NCBI GenBank assembly: GCA_051294375.1
Contig: CM119269.1
Location: forward strand, 21,843,167 to 21,907,166
DNA from: Paraspadella gotoi
Lineage: Eukaryota > Animalia > Chaetognatha
Length of the DNA: 64,000 nucleotides
Direction of reading: 5' to 3'
Every line of letters begins with the position of its first letter. The first letter of the stretch is position 1. Positions 50,851-63,408 of this stretch are shown here, piece after piece. The translations under genes were made by a program, and so were the position numbers. The notes under the pieces were generated by a model. The model made no database searches, was not told the DNA's origin, and saw only the letters and a program-made list of their open reading frames with translations.

Positions 50851-53800
50851 TTGTCTTTACTAATTAGATTAACCGAAAGACGTCGTCTCGTTGATCGATG
50901 TGAACGCGAGAGGTCGTTAGTTTGTTTGTTAAGTTGTTTTTGTTGCAGTTTATCAAAAATAGTGTTGTAACCTCTTTCTTTTTTCGATTGTTATATGTAT
51001 CTAGGTGCAAAATGATTTTTTGTTTTCAAACCAGAATTTTATTTTAAACCAAGAAGGGGCCAGCTCACTTTTGAGCTGCTTATCTTAATTCTTAATTTCT
51101 AACTTTATATTAAAGCATTTTTTTTACACTAAAATGTATCTTCTCACTTCACATTTTCATTTTTCACCTTCACTTATTTTATTTTTTTATTAAATAGTTA
51201 ATTGTTAATAACAGTTTTAAAAACTTTATTTGTTGTACCATATTGAAAATGTAATATTATTTTTCTCTCTCCCTGTCTCTCTCTTCTCTCTCTCTTCCTC
51301 TCTCCCATCCCAATCTCCTCCTCTCCACTCTGACCATTTCATTTCTTTTCAAAAACTAAAATCTCTATCTGTCCTCAATTCTTAAACCCTGTCCTCACCA
51401 CTGTGACCCACTATGTCTTTTTTTTCTCAACTCTGTGTTGGAAACTTTGCCCCCTCTCTCTCTCTCTCGTCTCATCTCTCTCTCTCATTCCTCTCTCTCT
51501 CTCTCTCTTCTCTCCTCTCTCTCTCTCTCTCTCTCCTCTTTCACAGGACAAAAACTGTACAAATTTTCCACAAATCAATTGACGCTCGAAGAAGGCTTGC
51601 ATCCAAAGCCGAAACATGTAGCGTTTATAATTATTTGATTAAATAAAATTCGTTGTGAAACAAAAATCATTTTGCCCAAATTATAAAACAAAACCGACGT
51701 TGCACATATAAGTCAGTTTTTGTTATTTTTTCCTTACAAAAGATCGTTTTTGGTTTTTATTTGTTAATTTGTTAGGTTTTTGGTCCATTTATAGAGAAAG
51801 AGAGAGCTCTTGTTTGATTTTTTTTTTTTAATTTTGTTAATTTTATAGTCATTTTTATACAAAAGTTTTCCATGCTTTTCTTATTCTTTTTCAATTTAAA
51901 AAAAATTATTTATATCAAAAAATTGGACGTAAGATATACAATATCTCTCTCAAATTCCTTAAAATGGAGACCCTCTCTTTCTCATCTTCGTCTCTTCGCC
52001 TCCTCTCCCCTCCCGCCTCCGCTCTTCCTCCTCCTTTCCTTCTGCTCTCTCTCCTCTCTGTCGTTCCCTCGTCTCCGCTCCTTCTTTCCCGCCCTCGCTT
52101 CTCTTCTCTCTCATGCTCTCTCATCTCTCCTCTCTTCTTCTCTATCCTCCCTCTCTCCCCTCTCTCTCGCTGCCCATCCTCCTCGTCCCGCTCCTCCCTC
52201 GTCTCTTTCTTCTCTTTCTCCAACAACAACACACACCATTTGTTTTATACTGCAAAATGAATGGATATTAGTTTGAGTCAGAATCCTATAAAACTCTCCT
52301 CAAATTCACGACCTCCATAATAGTCAGAGACGAAAAAATATATATTTATTTTTTTCGGCGTCTCGTCGTTGTTTTTATTTATATTATTGTTTCATTTTCA
52401 CATAAAATTAATTTTTCGTTTTCTTTTTATCTTCGTTGTTCGTGTCGTTCCTTCGCCTCATCTTTTTTATTTTCTCTTATTTTCCGTTTGTTCTTCTTTT
52501 GTTGTTGTTTTTTTTTGTCTTTTCTTTTCGCCACATTTTGGCTTCCTTTTCCCCAGAAGACGCATTTCATTCTTATTTTTTTATATTTTTTTATATTAAA
52601 AAAGCTTAAGCTAAAAAAGGTTAAGAATTAGACTTTAAGGAATAGGTTAGTAATTAAGTAATTAGGGTTAGTCATTAGCATAGGGGGCCTAAGGATTAAG
52701 GGTACGGGGTTAAGGTTAGGCTTTAGGATTAGAGTTTAGGATTAGAGTTTAAGATTGAATTAGGTTTATGGATTAAGGTTAATATTTAGGGTTAAGGCTT
52801 GAATCATAAATTTAAAAACTTATTTCGTTTAATTTTTAGTTTTAAATTAAAATCTGGGAATAAAAAACAGAAATGGGTCGCTTGTGGAAAAGAGAACCTA
52901 GATTTTTTTTCTTTTCCCCATTTTGTCGGTAACGCTTTATGCTTTGTTTCTCTGTTATTTATTTCTCTCTCCATTTTTATTTCTTTTTCCTTCTTTTTAT
53001 ACACGTTTATTTCTTCCGTTTCTTTCTTGTGTCCCTTTTTTTTCTTTTTTTTTCCCCTAATTTTTTTTCTTTCTTTTTTTCCCTAATTTTATTTTCTTTC
53101 TTTCTTTCCTTGAATTATTTTCTTCTCTTCTTATTTCCTTCTCTCTTATTTTTATTTCTCTTCTTATATTTTCCACTTTTCTTTCTCTTTTTTCCTTTTT
53201 TCTTTCCTGCTTTCTCTTTCCTCTCTTCTTTTCACTTTCTTTCCACTCTTATCGTTCCTCTTTTCTTTTCTTTCTTCTTCCTATTTTCTTTCCTTTCTTC
53301 TTCCTCTATTCTTTCCTTTCTTCTTCCTCTTTTCTTTTCTTTCTTCCTCCTCTTTCCTTTCCTTTCTTCTTCCTCTTTCATTTCCTTTCTTCTTCCTCTT
53401 TTTTCTTTTTTTCTTTCTTGCTTTCTCTTTCCTCTCTTCTTTTCACTTTCTNNNNNNNNNNNNNNNNNNNNNNNNNAAAAGCAGAGATACCCAGCAACAG
53501 AGGAGGGACAGAGAGAGAAAAGAAGGGAGGAGCAGTAATTGGAGCAGGAGAAAGGCTGATCGAAGTGAGGAGGAATAGGGAAGGAAATCAGTGGAAGGGG
53601 AATAAGAGTAGTTAGAAGTAGGTAAAGGAGAAGGGAGGAAAGTGAAAAGAGGAAGAAAAAATAGAATAGAAAGAGGAAGAATGAAAGGAAAGCAAAAGAG
53701 GTAAGAAGTAGGAAGATGCAAAGTGAGGAAGGAAAAAGGAAAAGAAAGAAGGAAGAAAAAAGAAGGAAAAGAAGAAGAAGGAGAAAGGAAGAGGAAGACA

Positions 53801-55384
53801 AAAAGGAAGTAAGGGAGATACGGGAAGAGAGAGAAGTTAAGGATAATAGAAGAGAGAAAGAAAATAACGAAAGCAGGAATAAGGATAGAGGAATAGAAAG
53901 GAGAAAAAGAAGAAGACGAAGACTATTAAGGCTTTGTGTAGAGTGGAAAAGAAAGTCTTTCTTCTTCCTCTTTTCTTTCCTTTCTTCTTCCTCTTTTCTT
54001 TTCTTTTTTCTTCCTTTTTCATTTCCTCCCTTCTCTTTACTATTTCTAATACTCTTTTTCCCCTTCCATTGATTTCCTTCTTTCCTCCTTTCATCAGCCT
54101 TTCTCTGCTCAATTCTGTNNNNNNNNNNNNNNNNNNNNNNNNNNNNNNNNNNNNNNNNNNNNNNNNNNNNNNNNNNNNNNNNNNNNNNNNNNNNNNNNNN
54201 NNNNNNNNNNNNNNNNNNNNNNNNNNNNNNNNNNNNNNNNNNNNNNNNNNNNNNNNNNNNNNNNNNNNNNNNNNNNNNNNNNNNNNNNNNNNNNNNNNNN
54301 NNNNNNNNNNNNNNNNNNNNNNNNNNNNNNNNNNNNNNNNNNNNNNNNNNNNNNNNNNNNNNNNNNNNNNNNNNNNNNNNNNNNNNNNNNNNNNNNNNNN
54401 NNNNNNNNNNNNNNNNNNNNNNNNNNNNNNNNNNNNNNNNNNNNNNNNNNNNNNNNNNNNNNNNNNNNNNNNNNNNNNNNNNNNNNNNNNNNNNNNNNNN
54501 NNNNNNNNNNNNNNNNNNNNNNNNNNNNNNNNNNNNNNNNNNNNNNNNNNNNNNNNNNNNNNNNNNNNNNNNNNNNNNNNNNNNNNNNNNNNNNNNNNNN
54601 NNNNNNNNNNNNNNNNNNNNNNNNNNNNNNNNNNNNNNNNNNNNNNNNNNNNNNNNNNNNNNNNNNNNNNNNNNNNNNNNNNNNNNNNNNNNNNNNNNNN
54701 NNNNNNNNNNNNNNNNNNNNNNNNNNNNNNNNNNNNNNNNNNNNNNNNNNNNNNNNNNNNNNNNNNNNNNNNNNNNNNNNNNNNNNNNNNNNNNNNNNNN
54801 NNNNNNNNNNNNNNNNNNNNNNNNNNNNNNNNNNNNNNNNNNNNNNNNNNNNNNNNNNNNNNNNNNNNNNNNNGCTATCAGCAGCGCCCTCCATGAAATA
54901 AAAAAAGCAAGCGACGCCAATTCTAAACTGAATTTTGACGTCGGGAGGCGTCAAACGCTTTGGCCTTTCGCCGTTGTCGTCGACGTTGTAGTTGTCGTCT
55001 TCGTCATCGTCGTTTTCGTCGTCGTCGGCGGCGCTTTTAGCGTTAATTATAAAAATTCTCTCGGGAGATGGCGCGTCGAACGCTTTGGTCCGAAGGGCCG
55101 ACTGTTCTTTTTTTTTTCCTTTTTTTTTCTTTCCTTTTTTTCTCTTTTCTTCTCTTTCTTTTTTCTCGCCTTTTTTTTTCCCTTCCTCTTGTCTCCAAAG
55201 TCGAACGTTCACAGCTTTTTCACAGTTTCTCTCTCTGGTTTCTTTGCTCATTGTGATTTGTGAATCTTTCTTTTTTCTCTTCACAAGTTTTTTTTTTCTT
55301 TTCTTTTTCTTTAAAATTCGTTTTTTTCTTTATGTCTCTTTTTTTTCTCGCAATAGTTTTTATTTCTGTCTTGGCTTATTTCAT

Positions 55385-55490
55385 CTCATCTCACATCGTG
55401 AACTTTGTACGATTCCGTCTCACATCGTGAACTATGTAGGAATTCCGTCTCACATCGTGAACTTCGTACGAATTCCGTCTCACATCTCGT
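55385..55490 (+). repeat. ~30-bp tandem repeat x3 (TCTCACATCGTGAACT..GTACGAATTCCG); duplicate at 41594-41695
   Basis: Read directly. Confidence 0.85.
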
Positions 55491-56328
55491 CCGCTTCTTT
55501 CCTCTTATCCTGTCGTCTCAATCGCGGTTTTCAACTTAATGAAATTTTTTTTTTAAATTATATTTCTTTATATAACTTTTGTAAAATATGTTACATGATA
55601 TTTTTAGGTTAAAGCTGCGAAAAATGACCAAAACGTTTTATCATATAATAGTTTCTACTACAAAGTGTTAAAAAGTGGAGAATTTGACCTTTTTTTTTCC
55701 TATTTTTGATGCTGAAGACATTGAAATTTTTAATAACATATTTTATATTTTTGATCTAACTTTTTATGAAGAACCAGAATCTTTAATAAACATTTTTAAA
55801 AAATTATTTTGAAAATTTATGATTATTAGATAAAGGATGATTTACTATAAATATATTGTAATTAATGATACTGTTCCCCAAACAATGTAAACAAAATATT
55901 TTTTGTACTCCCTTAATCATACTATCTCACGTCTAAATATCCTTGTTTGTTCACTCAAATAAATTTATGTTCCCCAGGCTCCACCTCTATTATAGAGTCA
56001 GGATCTCTCCCGCCCGCTTCTCCTTCTCCTCCCCTTCCCCTCCCCTATTCTTCCCCCTCTCTTTCTCTCCTCTTCCTCTCCCTTCCCTCTCTCCCTCTCT
56101 CCCTCCTTCTTCCTCTCTCCCCCTCTCTCCTCCTTCTCCTCTCTCCCCCTCTCTCCCTCCTTCTCCTTCTCTCCCTCCTCTCCCTCCTCCTCTCCTCTCC
56201 TCCCCCTCTCTCCCTCCTTCTCCTCTCTCCCCCTCTCCCCTCCTCCTCTCTTTCCCTTTCATCTTTGTAAGTGACTTTCACAGTCAAAGGTGAAATTCAA
56301 TAACGAAATACATTTCGCCACCGCAAAT

Positions 56329-56394
<66 letters not shown>

Positions 56395-56790
56395 GTCTCG
56401 CTCTCTCGCTCTCTCTCTCGCTCTCCCACTCTCTCTCCTCTTGTCTCCTTATCTCTTGAGACCGACCTACATTGCACAAACTGCGCAATTCACAAAACTT
56501 AAAAGATGTAATCATGTTCAATTGTTATTTATTAAGGCGGAAAAAAGTTATATCTACTTGTAGGAATGATGAAAGGCTTAAACCACCAAAGCCTGTCCAT
56601 TGTTTATTTAATGAATGAATAATTTTATATTAGTTGTAAAATTTTGATAAATAATGTTAAAGTATCATTCATCTTATTACTGAAGTAAATATAAAAAAAA
56701 ATACACAAAACGAAGGCTAAGTCAGTTTATCGAGCAGCAAAGGAAAAGAGAAAGAGAGGAAGAGGCGGCAGCAAACGGAAAAATACAATC

Positions 56791-56860
56791 CTCTGTAATG
56801 GCGCAGTGGGGTCAATCACTATCTCCGAACCGAGAGGTCCAGGGTTCGATCCCTGGGGTA
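56791..56860 (+). mobile_element. tRNA-derived SINE head
   Basis: Consensus A box TGGCGCAGTGG at 56799-56809 and B box GGTTCGATCCC at 56843-56853, inside a CCAGGG/CCCTGG stem. No acceptor stem. Confidence 0.65.
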
Positions 56861-57859
56861 AAAAGGATATTTATCCGGTAGATGCAGCCTTTACTGCCGT
56901 TTATGTACCGCGCGTTTTTAAAGAGGCTCGGAGTGACATGGGCCTATTTCTTCCTTTAAGGTAAAAATGAATGAATGAATGAATGAATATTTGAATGTAC
57001 AAGGCGAAGAAGCAAAGATTGGCAATCTTCAGGCTTTGCAGGAATAAGAATGTAGGCGACCGGGGAGGCATGGTAAAAAGGGGAGGCATAGTAAAAAGGG
57101 GAGGCATGGTAAAAAGCATGAAGAAAGAAAAGGGTGGAGAGAAAGTTGGGTATGCTCGGGAGATACGTAGAGGATACAGACTTAGTTGATAGGGTAAGTG
57201 GGTTAGGTAAGGCTCCTTCTTTCCTCGCCTCGTTTGGCCTTGAATATTGAATTCGCGATTTGACTTTTTAATTTCTTTCTTTCTTTTTTTTCTTTTTTTT
57301 TACCAATTTCTTTCTTTCTTTTTTTTCTTCTCTCATATTTTAGTAAGAAGAGAGAGGGAGAGAGAAGGGAGGAAAGAAATTGAGTGGAGAGAGAGAGAGA
57401 GAGAGAGGTTGAGAGTAGAAAATGAGAGAGAGGAGAAGTAGATAGAAAAGAGAAAGAGAGAGGAAAAGAGGTTGACAGTGGAAAGAAAGAGGAGAGAGAT
57501 TTATAGTGGAAAGAAAGAGGTAACGGAATTTAAAAAGAAAAGAAAATTGAAAATGGAAAGAAAGAGAACGGGGTATGAAAAAGGTAAAATAGAAAATAAT
57601 AAAAAAAAAGCAAAAAAGGTTGAGTTCGAGAGATAATAAAGCATCGCCTGCAGCACCTGCAGCACCTGCAGCACCGCTCATAGCATTGCCAGCATCGCCC
57701 ACAAGAATCACCTTATCATCATTCAGTATCATCACTCACCAGCTTCTTAACTTCCTTCCCTATTTTCTTAAATCGCCCCATTTCAGCTTAAATTCATTTT
57801 CTTAGGTTTAAAAATTAAATATAAGGTTAAAGTTAAGAATTCGGGTTAAGGATTAAAGT

Positions 57860-58605
57860 TTGAGGAAACAATGTCGGATTTGCCCACGATAATTAAGCGG
57901 TTATAAGCTAATGCGATGATGAATCACGGTAATTTTTTCTTACTTTTAATTTGTGATCTTAACAGATCACAACACATTGTAACATAACAAATAACAGACT
58001 TCTTAATAAATCTATAAAAAATCTATAAATCAAATAATCTACAAATCATTACCAGTGGCCAACTTGCATAATTTGATAATTTTTCATAATTTGCTAATTT
58101 TGCATAATTAGGTCAACTTGTATAATTTGGTCAACTTGCATAATTTTATCAACTTGCATAATTTAACAAATTTGCATTATTTGGTCAACTGGCATAATTT
58201 GGTCAACTGACATAATTTTTTTAACTGGCGTAATTTGATCAACTTGCAAAATTTATCTATCCAATTTTTAAATAAATATAATAATTATTAATTAAAATAA
58301 TAATTAAGTAAAAATACTTCAAGTAAATATGACTTTATTTTTTTCCATTTAAACTCATTTCCACTCGCACGATTCAAATGAAACTTAATATCCAGCTCGA
58401 TCACTCATTTTCCTACCCACACACAAAATTTCATTCCAATCCAACCAATTAGAGTTTTTTGGTAAGGTGGGACAGACGGACGAACAGACGGACGGACGGA
58501 CGGACATTATTTTTTTTTGCATAATTTATCATAATTTGATGATTGAGGGGGCTGACCGAGGGACCGACAAAGTTAATTATAAAGTCGGGATCTGCTGATA
58601 AAAAT
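57860..58605 (-). mobile_element. DINE-1/Helentron-like non-autonomous element, copy A
   Basis: 58335-58605 is the reverse complement of 61840-62145, and 57860-57912 of ~62605-62657. Contains a (GGAC)n tract and an internal 18-bp satellite. Confidence 0.6.
58060..58255 (+). repeat. 18-bp tandem repeat ~x10 (TGCATAATTTGGTCAACT)
   Basis: Read directly. Confidence 0.9.
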
Positions 58606-59164
58606 GTATTATTGGTTAGAATTAATAATATGGGTTAAAAGTTTTGGGATAACGTTAAGGAATAGATTTAAGAATTCGGGTTTATGGTAATCAATTAAGG
58701 TAAATGATTAATGAGGTTAATGAGTTTACGATTAGGGTTAAGGTCAAATATTTATTAAAATATTATTATCAAATATTAAGGTTAAAATTAAATTTATAGA
58801 AGCTTTTGGAAAAGAGTGCCAACTTTAGTTTGGTTGTTTTCATGGAATAAATTTGATCCTTTAAAGGATTTTGAGATTTGCGAGTGAGAAATCTTTCCTT
58901 TTTTTTTCTTCCCCCCCCCCAAAAAAAAACAAGTGTCATATCCCAGATTTTAAAAGGGATTTTCAAAACGACAAAACGATCCGCATCTTTTTTTTTCTTC
59001 TTTCTTTTAAAACTCTTTATGAGTCGGAAGTTGCAATGTCGATGAGCGGACAAGAAGCGTCTCTCTCTCTCTCTCTCTCTCTCTCCTCTCTCTTCTCTCT
59101 CTCTCTCTCTCTCTCTCATCTCTCTCCATCCCCCCATCTTTTCGGCAGCATTATTCATTCCGGG

Positions 59165-59342
59165 TTATCGAAACGTCAAAATAAACCAGAAAAGCGACGC
59201 GAAAAACGAGAGACGCCATCGGGCAGTCGGTGGCGGCGACTGTTGGCGTAGTTCTTGGCGTAGTTCTTGGTTCACGTTGGCGTTGTTCGATCTGACGTTG
59301 CTGTTAACGTTATGATATCCGTTTTTATTCTTTTTGTCTCGC
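59165..59342 (-). CDS. Candidate terminal coding exon ending in a hydrophobic tail (GPI signal or tail anchor)
   Basis: TTATAG|G acceptor, then an uninterrupted RDKKNKNGYHNVNSNVRSNNANVNQELRQELRQQSPPPTARWRLSFFASLFWFILTFR-stop. Confidence 0.35.
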
Positions 59343-59760
59343 CTATAATAATTTTTTTTCTGTCAAGCAATTTTAGTTTAATTGCGTTTTATCATAAAAA
59401 TTTCAAAATTACCTGTTTCCTTATTTAAGTTTCAGGCTTTTATATTGATTAAAAATTTGAATTACAAATACATTTATAAATTGTATTTTAATGGATAATT
59501 TTTTTTTAAACGCGGTAAACAAAAATTTTCGTTTAACACTTGGTAACTCAAACGTTATTTGCCTATTGTTTCGTACTTTTATAATCTCGTGTTCAACCAA
59601 CATTAACAATTTTTTTCATTTTGTTTTAAAAAAAAATTTTAATATATGCAAATGGATTTGGAAACAAATAATATTTAAAATAATTTTTTTTTTTTGTTTC
59701 CTGTTGCTGTGGCTGTTGTTATAACTGATGTTGTTGCAGTACAAGTTTTATTTACTATAG

Positions 59761-59826
59761 AAAATCAAATTGAGTCGAGATTAAATTCTCGCCCGAACGT
59801 CGATGAGTTGAAGAAAAAATATTCTT
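59761..59826 (+). CDS. Candidate exon fragment with RPEL-like motif
   Basis: TTATTTACTATAG acceptor, then ENQIESRLNSRPNVDELKKK. AAT ATT CTT (NIL) follows out of frame across an A homopolymer. No good donor seen. Confidence 0.3.
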
Positions 59827-59888
59827 TTTTTTTCCTTTTATATTATTCATTTAAACATAGTTTTTTATATTATTAAAGAAGGATGGGT

Positions 59889-59939
<51 letters not shown>

Positions 59940-61062
59940 AAACTGAATTTGCATTTATTCATTTTTTCTTTGGCTTACCTATAACAGTTTCCTGATCTTC
60001 AGTATCAAGATTCAAGAGCATATGTACAGGTTTGGCTTTGAGGAGTAGATTATCATGGATCAAAAATTATTATGGGCACATTTTTAAAAGACCAGATTCC
60101 GCATACCAGTTCGACCGATCAAAAATTTAAAAAATGTGATTATAAGTTGGTTTTAGGTAAACAATAAACAATAAGCATTAGCTCATCGACGATTCTTAAT
60201 TTTAACCTAAATTCTATTCTTAATCTTTTATCAAGACGCTTAAGGTGAAAGAGTTTAAAATGATTTTTATCTGAATTGAGCCCTGACCTTTTATTTTTAA
60301 TGGCTCAAATATATAAAGTTTAATTGAATGACTCCAATACTTCTGTTTAAAGCCTATAATTGGTTGAATTTTATACATTGAATTTTGGTTATTATTAACT
60401 AGTAAATGCTTTGATTTTATTCTCAAAATGTGAACTCTCCTCTCATTGGTTGTAATAATGTTGTCCTTGTATATAAAAGAAGAGTAAATTCTTAATTTTT
60501 GGGAGAGTCCTCTGAGACCATCAGGTATTAAATGATATTTGTGAAATTACTTGAATATGTTAATGAATTTTAAGCTTTTATGTAGCTTTGAGCTGTTGCT
60601 GCGTCTTGGCTCTACTGTTGCTGCATATCGACTTTACTGATACTGCTGCATCTTGACTCTCTTGCTTATCTCCGTCATGCTGATGCACGTCTTTCAATGA
60701 TTATTGGATATTGAATACTTAATGAAGTTATTATTCTATTTTTATCTTTTGATATATGGATTGAGTTAATATTAAGTCGAGATTAAGCACTGCTCAAACA
60801 ATGTTCTCATCTGAAACTGAGAAATCCCCTCCCAAGGAATCCTCTTCACTTATTCCAATTCCTAACTTTAACCGAAATCTTTAAACCTAATGTTAGAGGG
60901 TGATTATTGTGGGGGATGCCGGCGATTCCGTCTCCATCACTAAAATCTAACTTAATTCCGAATTTAGGATGAAATGGAGCGCTTTAAGAAAATAAGGCCG
61001 ACGAGTTGATTCTCGTTTAAATTCAAGAAAAAATGACACAAAATTCAACTCACGACATCAGC

Positions 61063-61172
61063 TTCTCTTCCCTTCTCTCCATCAAACGTCTCTCTTCCCT
61101 TCCTCCATCAAACTCCTCTCTTCCCTTCTCTCCATCAAACGCTTCTATTCCCTTCTCTCCATCAAACGTCTA
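61063..61172 (+). repeat. ~27-bp tandem repeat x4 (TCTCTTCCCTTCTCTCCATCAAACGTC)
   Basis: Read directly. Confidence 0.85.
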
Positions 61173-61827
61173 ATTTTTTTTCTCTTTCAAAAATTTAACT
61201 GTAACCTTTTCACATTTCGAGTTTGACCTTCACAAACACTTCACTTCAACGCTCGAACATAAAACAACTTTTCACAAAAAAAACCTTTGACTTGCCCCTC
61301 TCCCCCCGCCTCATCTCCCCCCATTTGACTCTCTCATTTTCCCCTCGGCCTCTCTCCCCCCATTTTTCGCTTTCAACCCTGAGCAGATTTTTCCCAAAGT
61401 CCTTTTTCCCCTACTTTCTCTTTTCCCTAAATATTCTTTCTTTTCAGCCTCTCTCCTGATTGGCCTATGTCCTTTATCTATTTCCCCCTTGTCCTGATTG
61501 GCCAATGTCCTTTTTTCCTTTTGTCCTCATTGGCCTATGTTCTTTTCTTAGTTCTCCCCTCATCGACTCGTGTCCATTTCCAATTAACCGGGTTATCCAT
61601 CTTTTTTTCCCTCCATCCTTTTTCCCAGTTTTCCTATTACCTCTTTTCTTTTTCTAATTTCTTGTCTTTGATTTCATATTCCATTTTCCTATCTTCTTTT
61701 TCTTCCCACAAGATGTCCTTCCTCCCATTTCCTTCCCTGATCCTCTTTCTCGCTTATGTCCTTCTACCATTTTTTGTTTACTCTCATCAATCAAATTCCC
61801 TTTCTGCCTCATAGTTTTTATTTTTAC

Positions 61828-62657
61828 TTTTTTAGTCGGATCTGCTTATCAGCAAATCACGACTCTATAATTCACTTTGTCGGTCCGCCCCCTCAATCTT
61901 GTCCGGTATTAACTTATTTCATGTCAGAACATCGAATAAATTATAAATGATAAATTATGCAAAAAAAACTATGTCCGTCTGTCTATCCGTCCGTCCCACC
62001 TTAGCAAAAAAACTCCAATTGCTCGTGATTGGAAGAATGGATTGGAATGAAATTTTGTGTATGGGTAGGGAAGTGTGTGATTGAGCTGGATATGAAGTTT
62101 CGATGGAATCGTGCGAGTGGAAATGAGTTTAAATGGAAAAAAATATATATATTTTACTTTTTGAACACCAATTACTCATGAATGGATGGGGCGATTGACT
62201 TGAAATTTTGTGTATGGGTAGGAAAGTGTGTGATTAAGCTGGAAATCAAGTTTCGATGCAATCGTTTGAGTGGAAATGAGTTTAAATTAAAAAAACAAAA
62301 AACCTGTTTCACTAATTTAAATTTTAATATGCTTCTTTTTCTTTTTATATTAAATCTAAACGCAAGATGTATTAATTAATAAAATAGTTAATCAGTTAAT
62401 TAATCAATTAGTCAATTAATTAATAAATAATTAAATCGGTCAATTAATCAATCAATTATTCAATTAATTTATTTATAAATTAATTAATTATTTAATTGCT
62501 TTTGTCGTGGTGAGTGACGAAAAGACCTAAAAACAAACATTTCAGATCAAATTAATTAATTTATTAATTAAATTATTATTTTAGTTTATATAGTTTGTAT
62601 TAATTAATTAGTTACCGCTATTGATCGTGGGGAGATCCAACATTGTTTGCTCAAACT
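61828..62657 (+). mobile_element. DINE-1/Helentron-like non-autonomous element, copy B
   Basis: T-rich start, terminal hairpin AGTCGGATCTGCT..AGCAAATCACGACT then CTATAA, a (GTCY)n tract at 61973-61996, and a tandem core GAAATTTTGTGTATGGGTAGG..AAGTGTGTGATT.AGCTGGA at 62049 and 62202. Confidence 0.65.
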
Positions 62658-63171
62658 TGTTCTTTATGAAATTTGTACAACCAATATAAAAATTATCCAT
62701 TCATTTAATAAATAAGCTATCTTGTCCGTGACTTTGGCAAGCCTTTGGTGGTTTAAGGCCTCCATCACTCTTACTAGATAATGACATAGCAGGTCCCTGC
62801 AAGCTTTCAATCAAGACTCTCTCACAGTTTTCTTTATTCACTCCCAGAGTACCTGGCTTCCCCATCTATGAAGTGGTATAATATTTCAAAGAATGTATAT
62901 TTTTTTATCATTTTTTCTTCCTTTATTATTCCTTTAGCCTTTTTTATTGCTTTTTTTTCAGCCTCATTATATATCTCTCTTTCTATATCTTTCTCTCTCT
63001 CTCTTTCTCTACTTTATAAACCACTTCCTCTTTTTCTCACTCTCTGTCTTTCTTAGTACCTCCCTCTCTATTTCGCACTCTATTACTCTCTCTCTCTCCC
63101 ATGTCAATTTCTTTTGCGCCATTTTGTCCTCGAGCACAAGAAGCGATAGAGACGTTTGGTTTTCGACGCCA

Positions 63172-63206
<35 letters not shown>

Positions 63207-63374
63207 TTTGTCCTTCGTCGTTATTTTCGTTCCTTCCTTTAACGTCATCGCCATTACTCTTCTCACCTTCGTCTATTGGTCATTAGCGTTCCCGTCATTA
63301 TCGTCGTCGTCGTCGTCGTCATCGTCTCCACCACGCTCTCCGCTATGAATATTGTCGTCTTCGGGGCCAAAAGG

Positions 63375-63408
<34 letters not shown>

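Larger units (their letters stand above)
43965..57795 (+). repeat. Large tandem duplication, copy 2 (extra blocks at ~46860-48830 and ~50945-51677)
   Basis: Same anchors as copy 1. Starts in the GGATAAAGGAAGAGGAGAAA minisatellite (43990-44525, matching 34790-35305). Confidence 0.92.

Noticed and set aside
60000-60960. Possible decayed LINE ORF1/endonuclease on the minus strand
   Set aside because: The composition is suggestive, but I could not read any diagnostic motif across the many stops.
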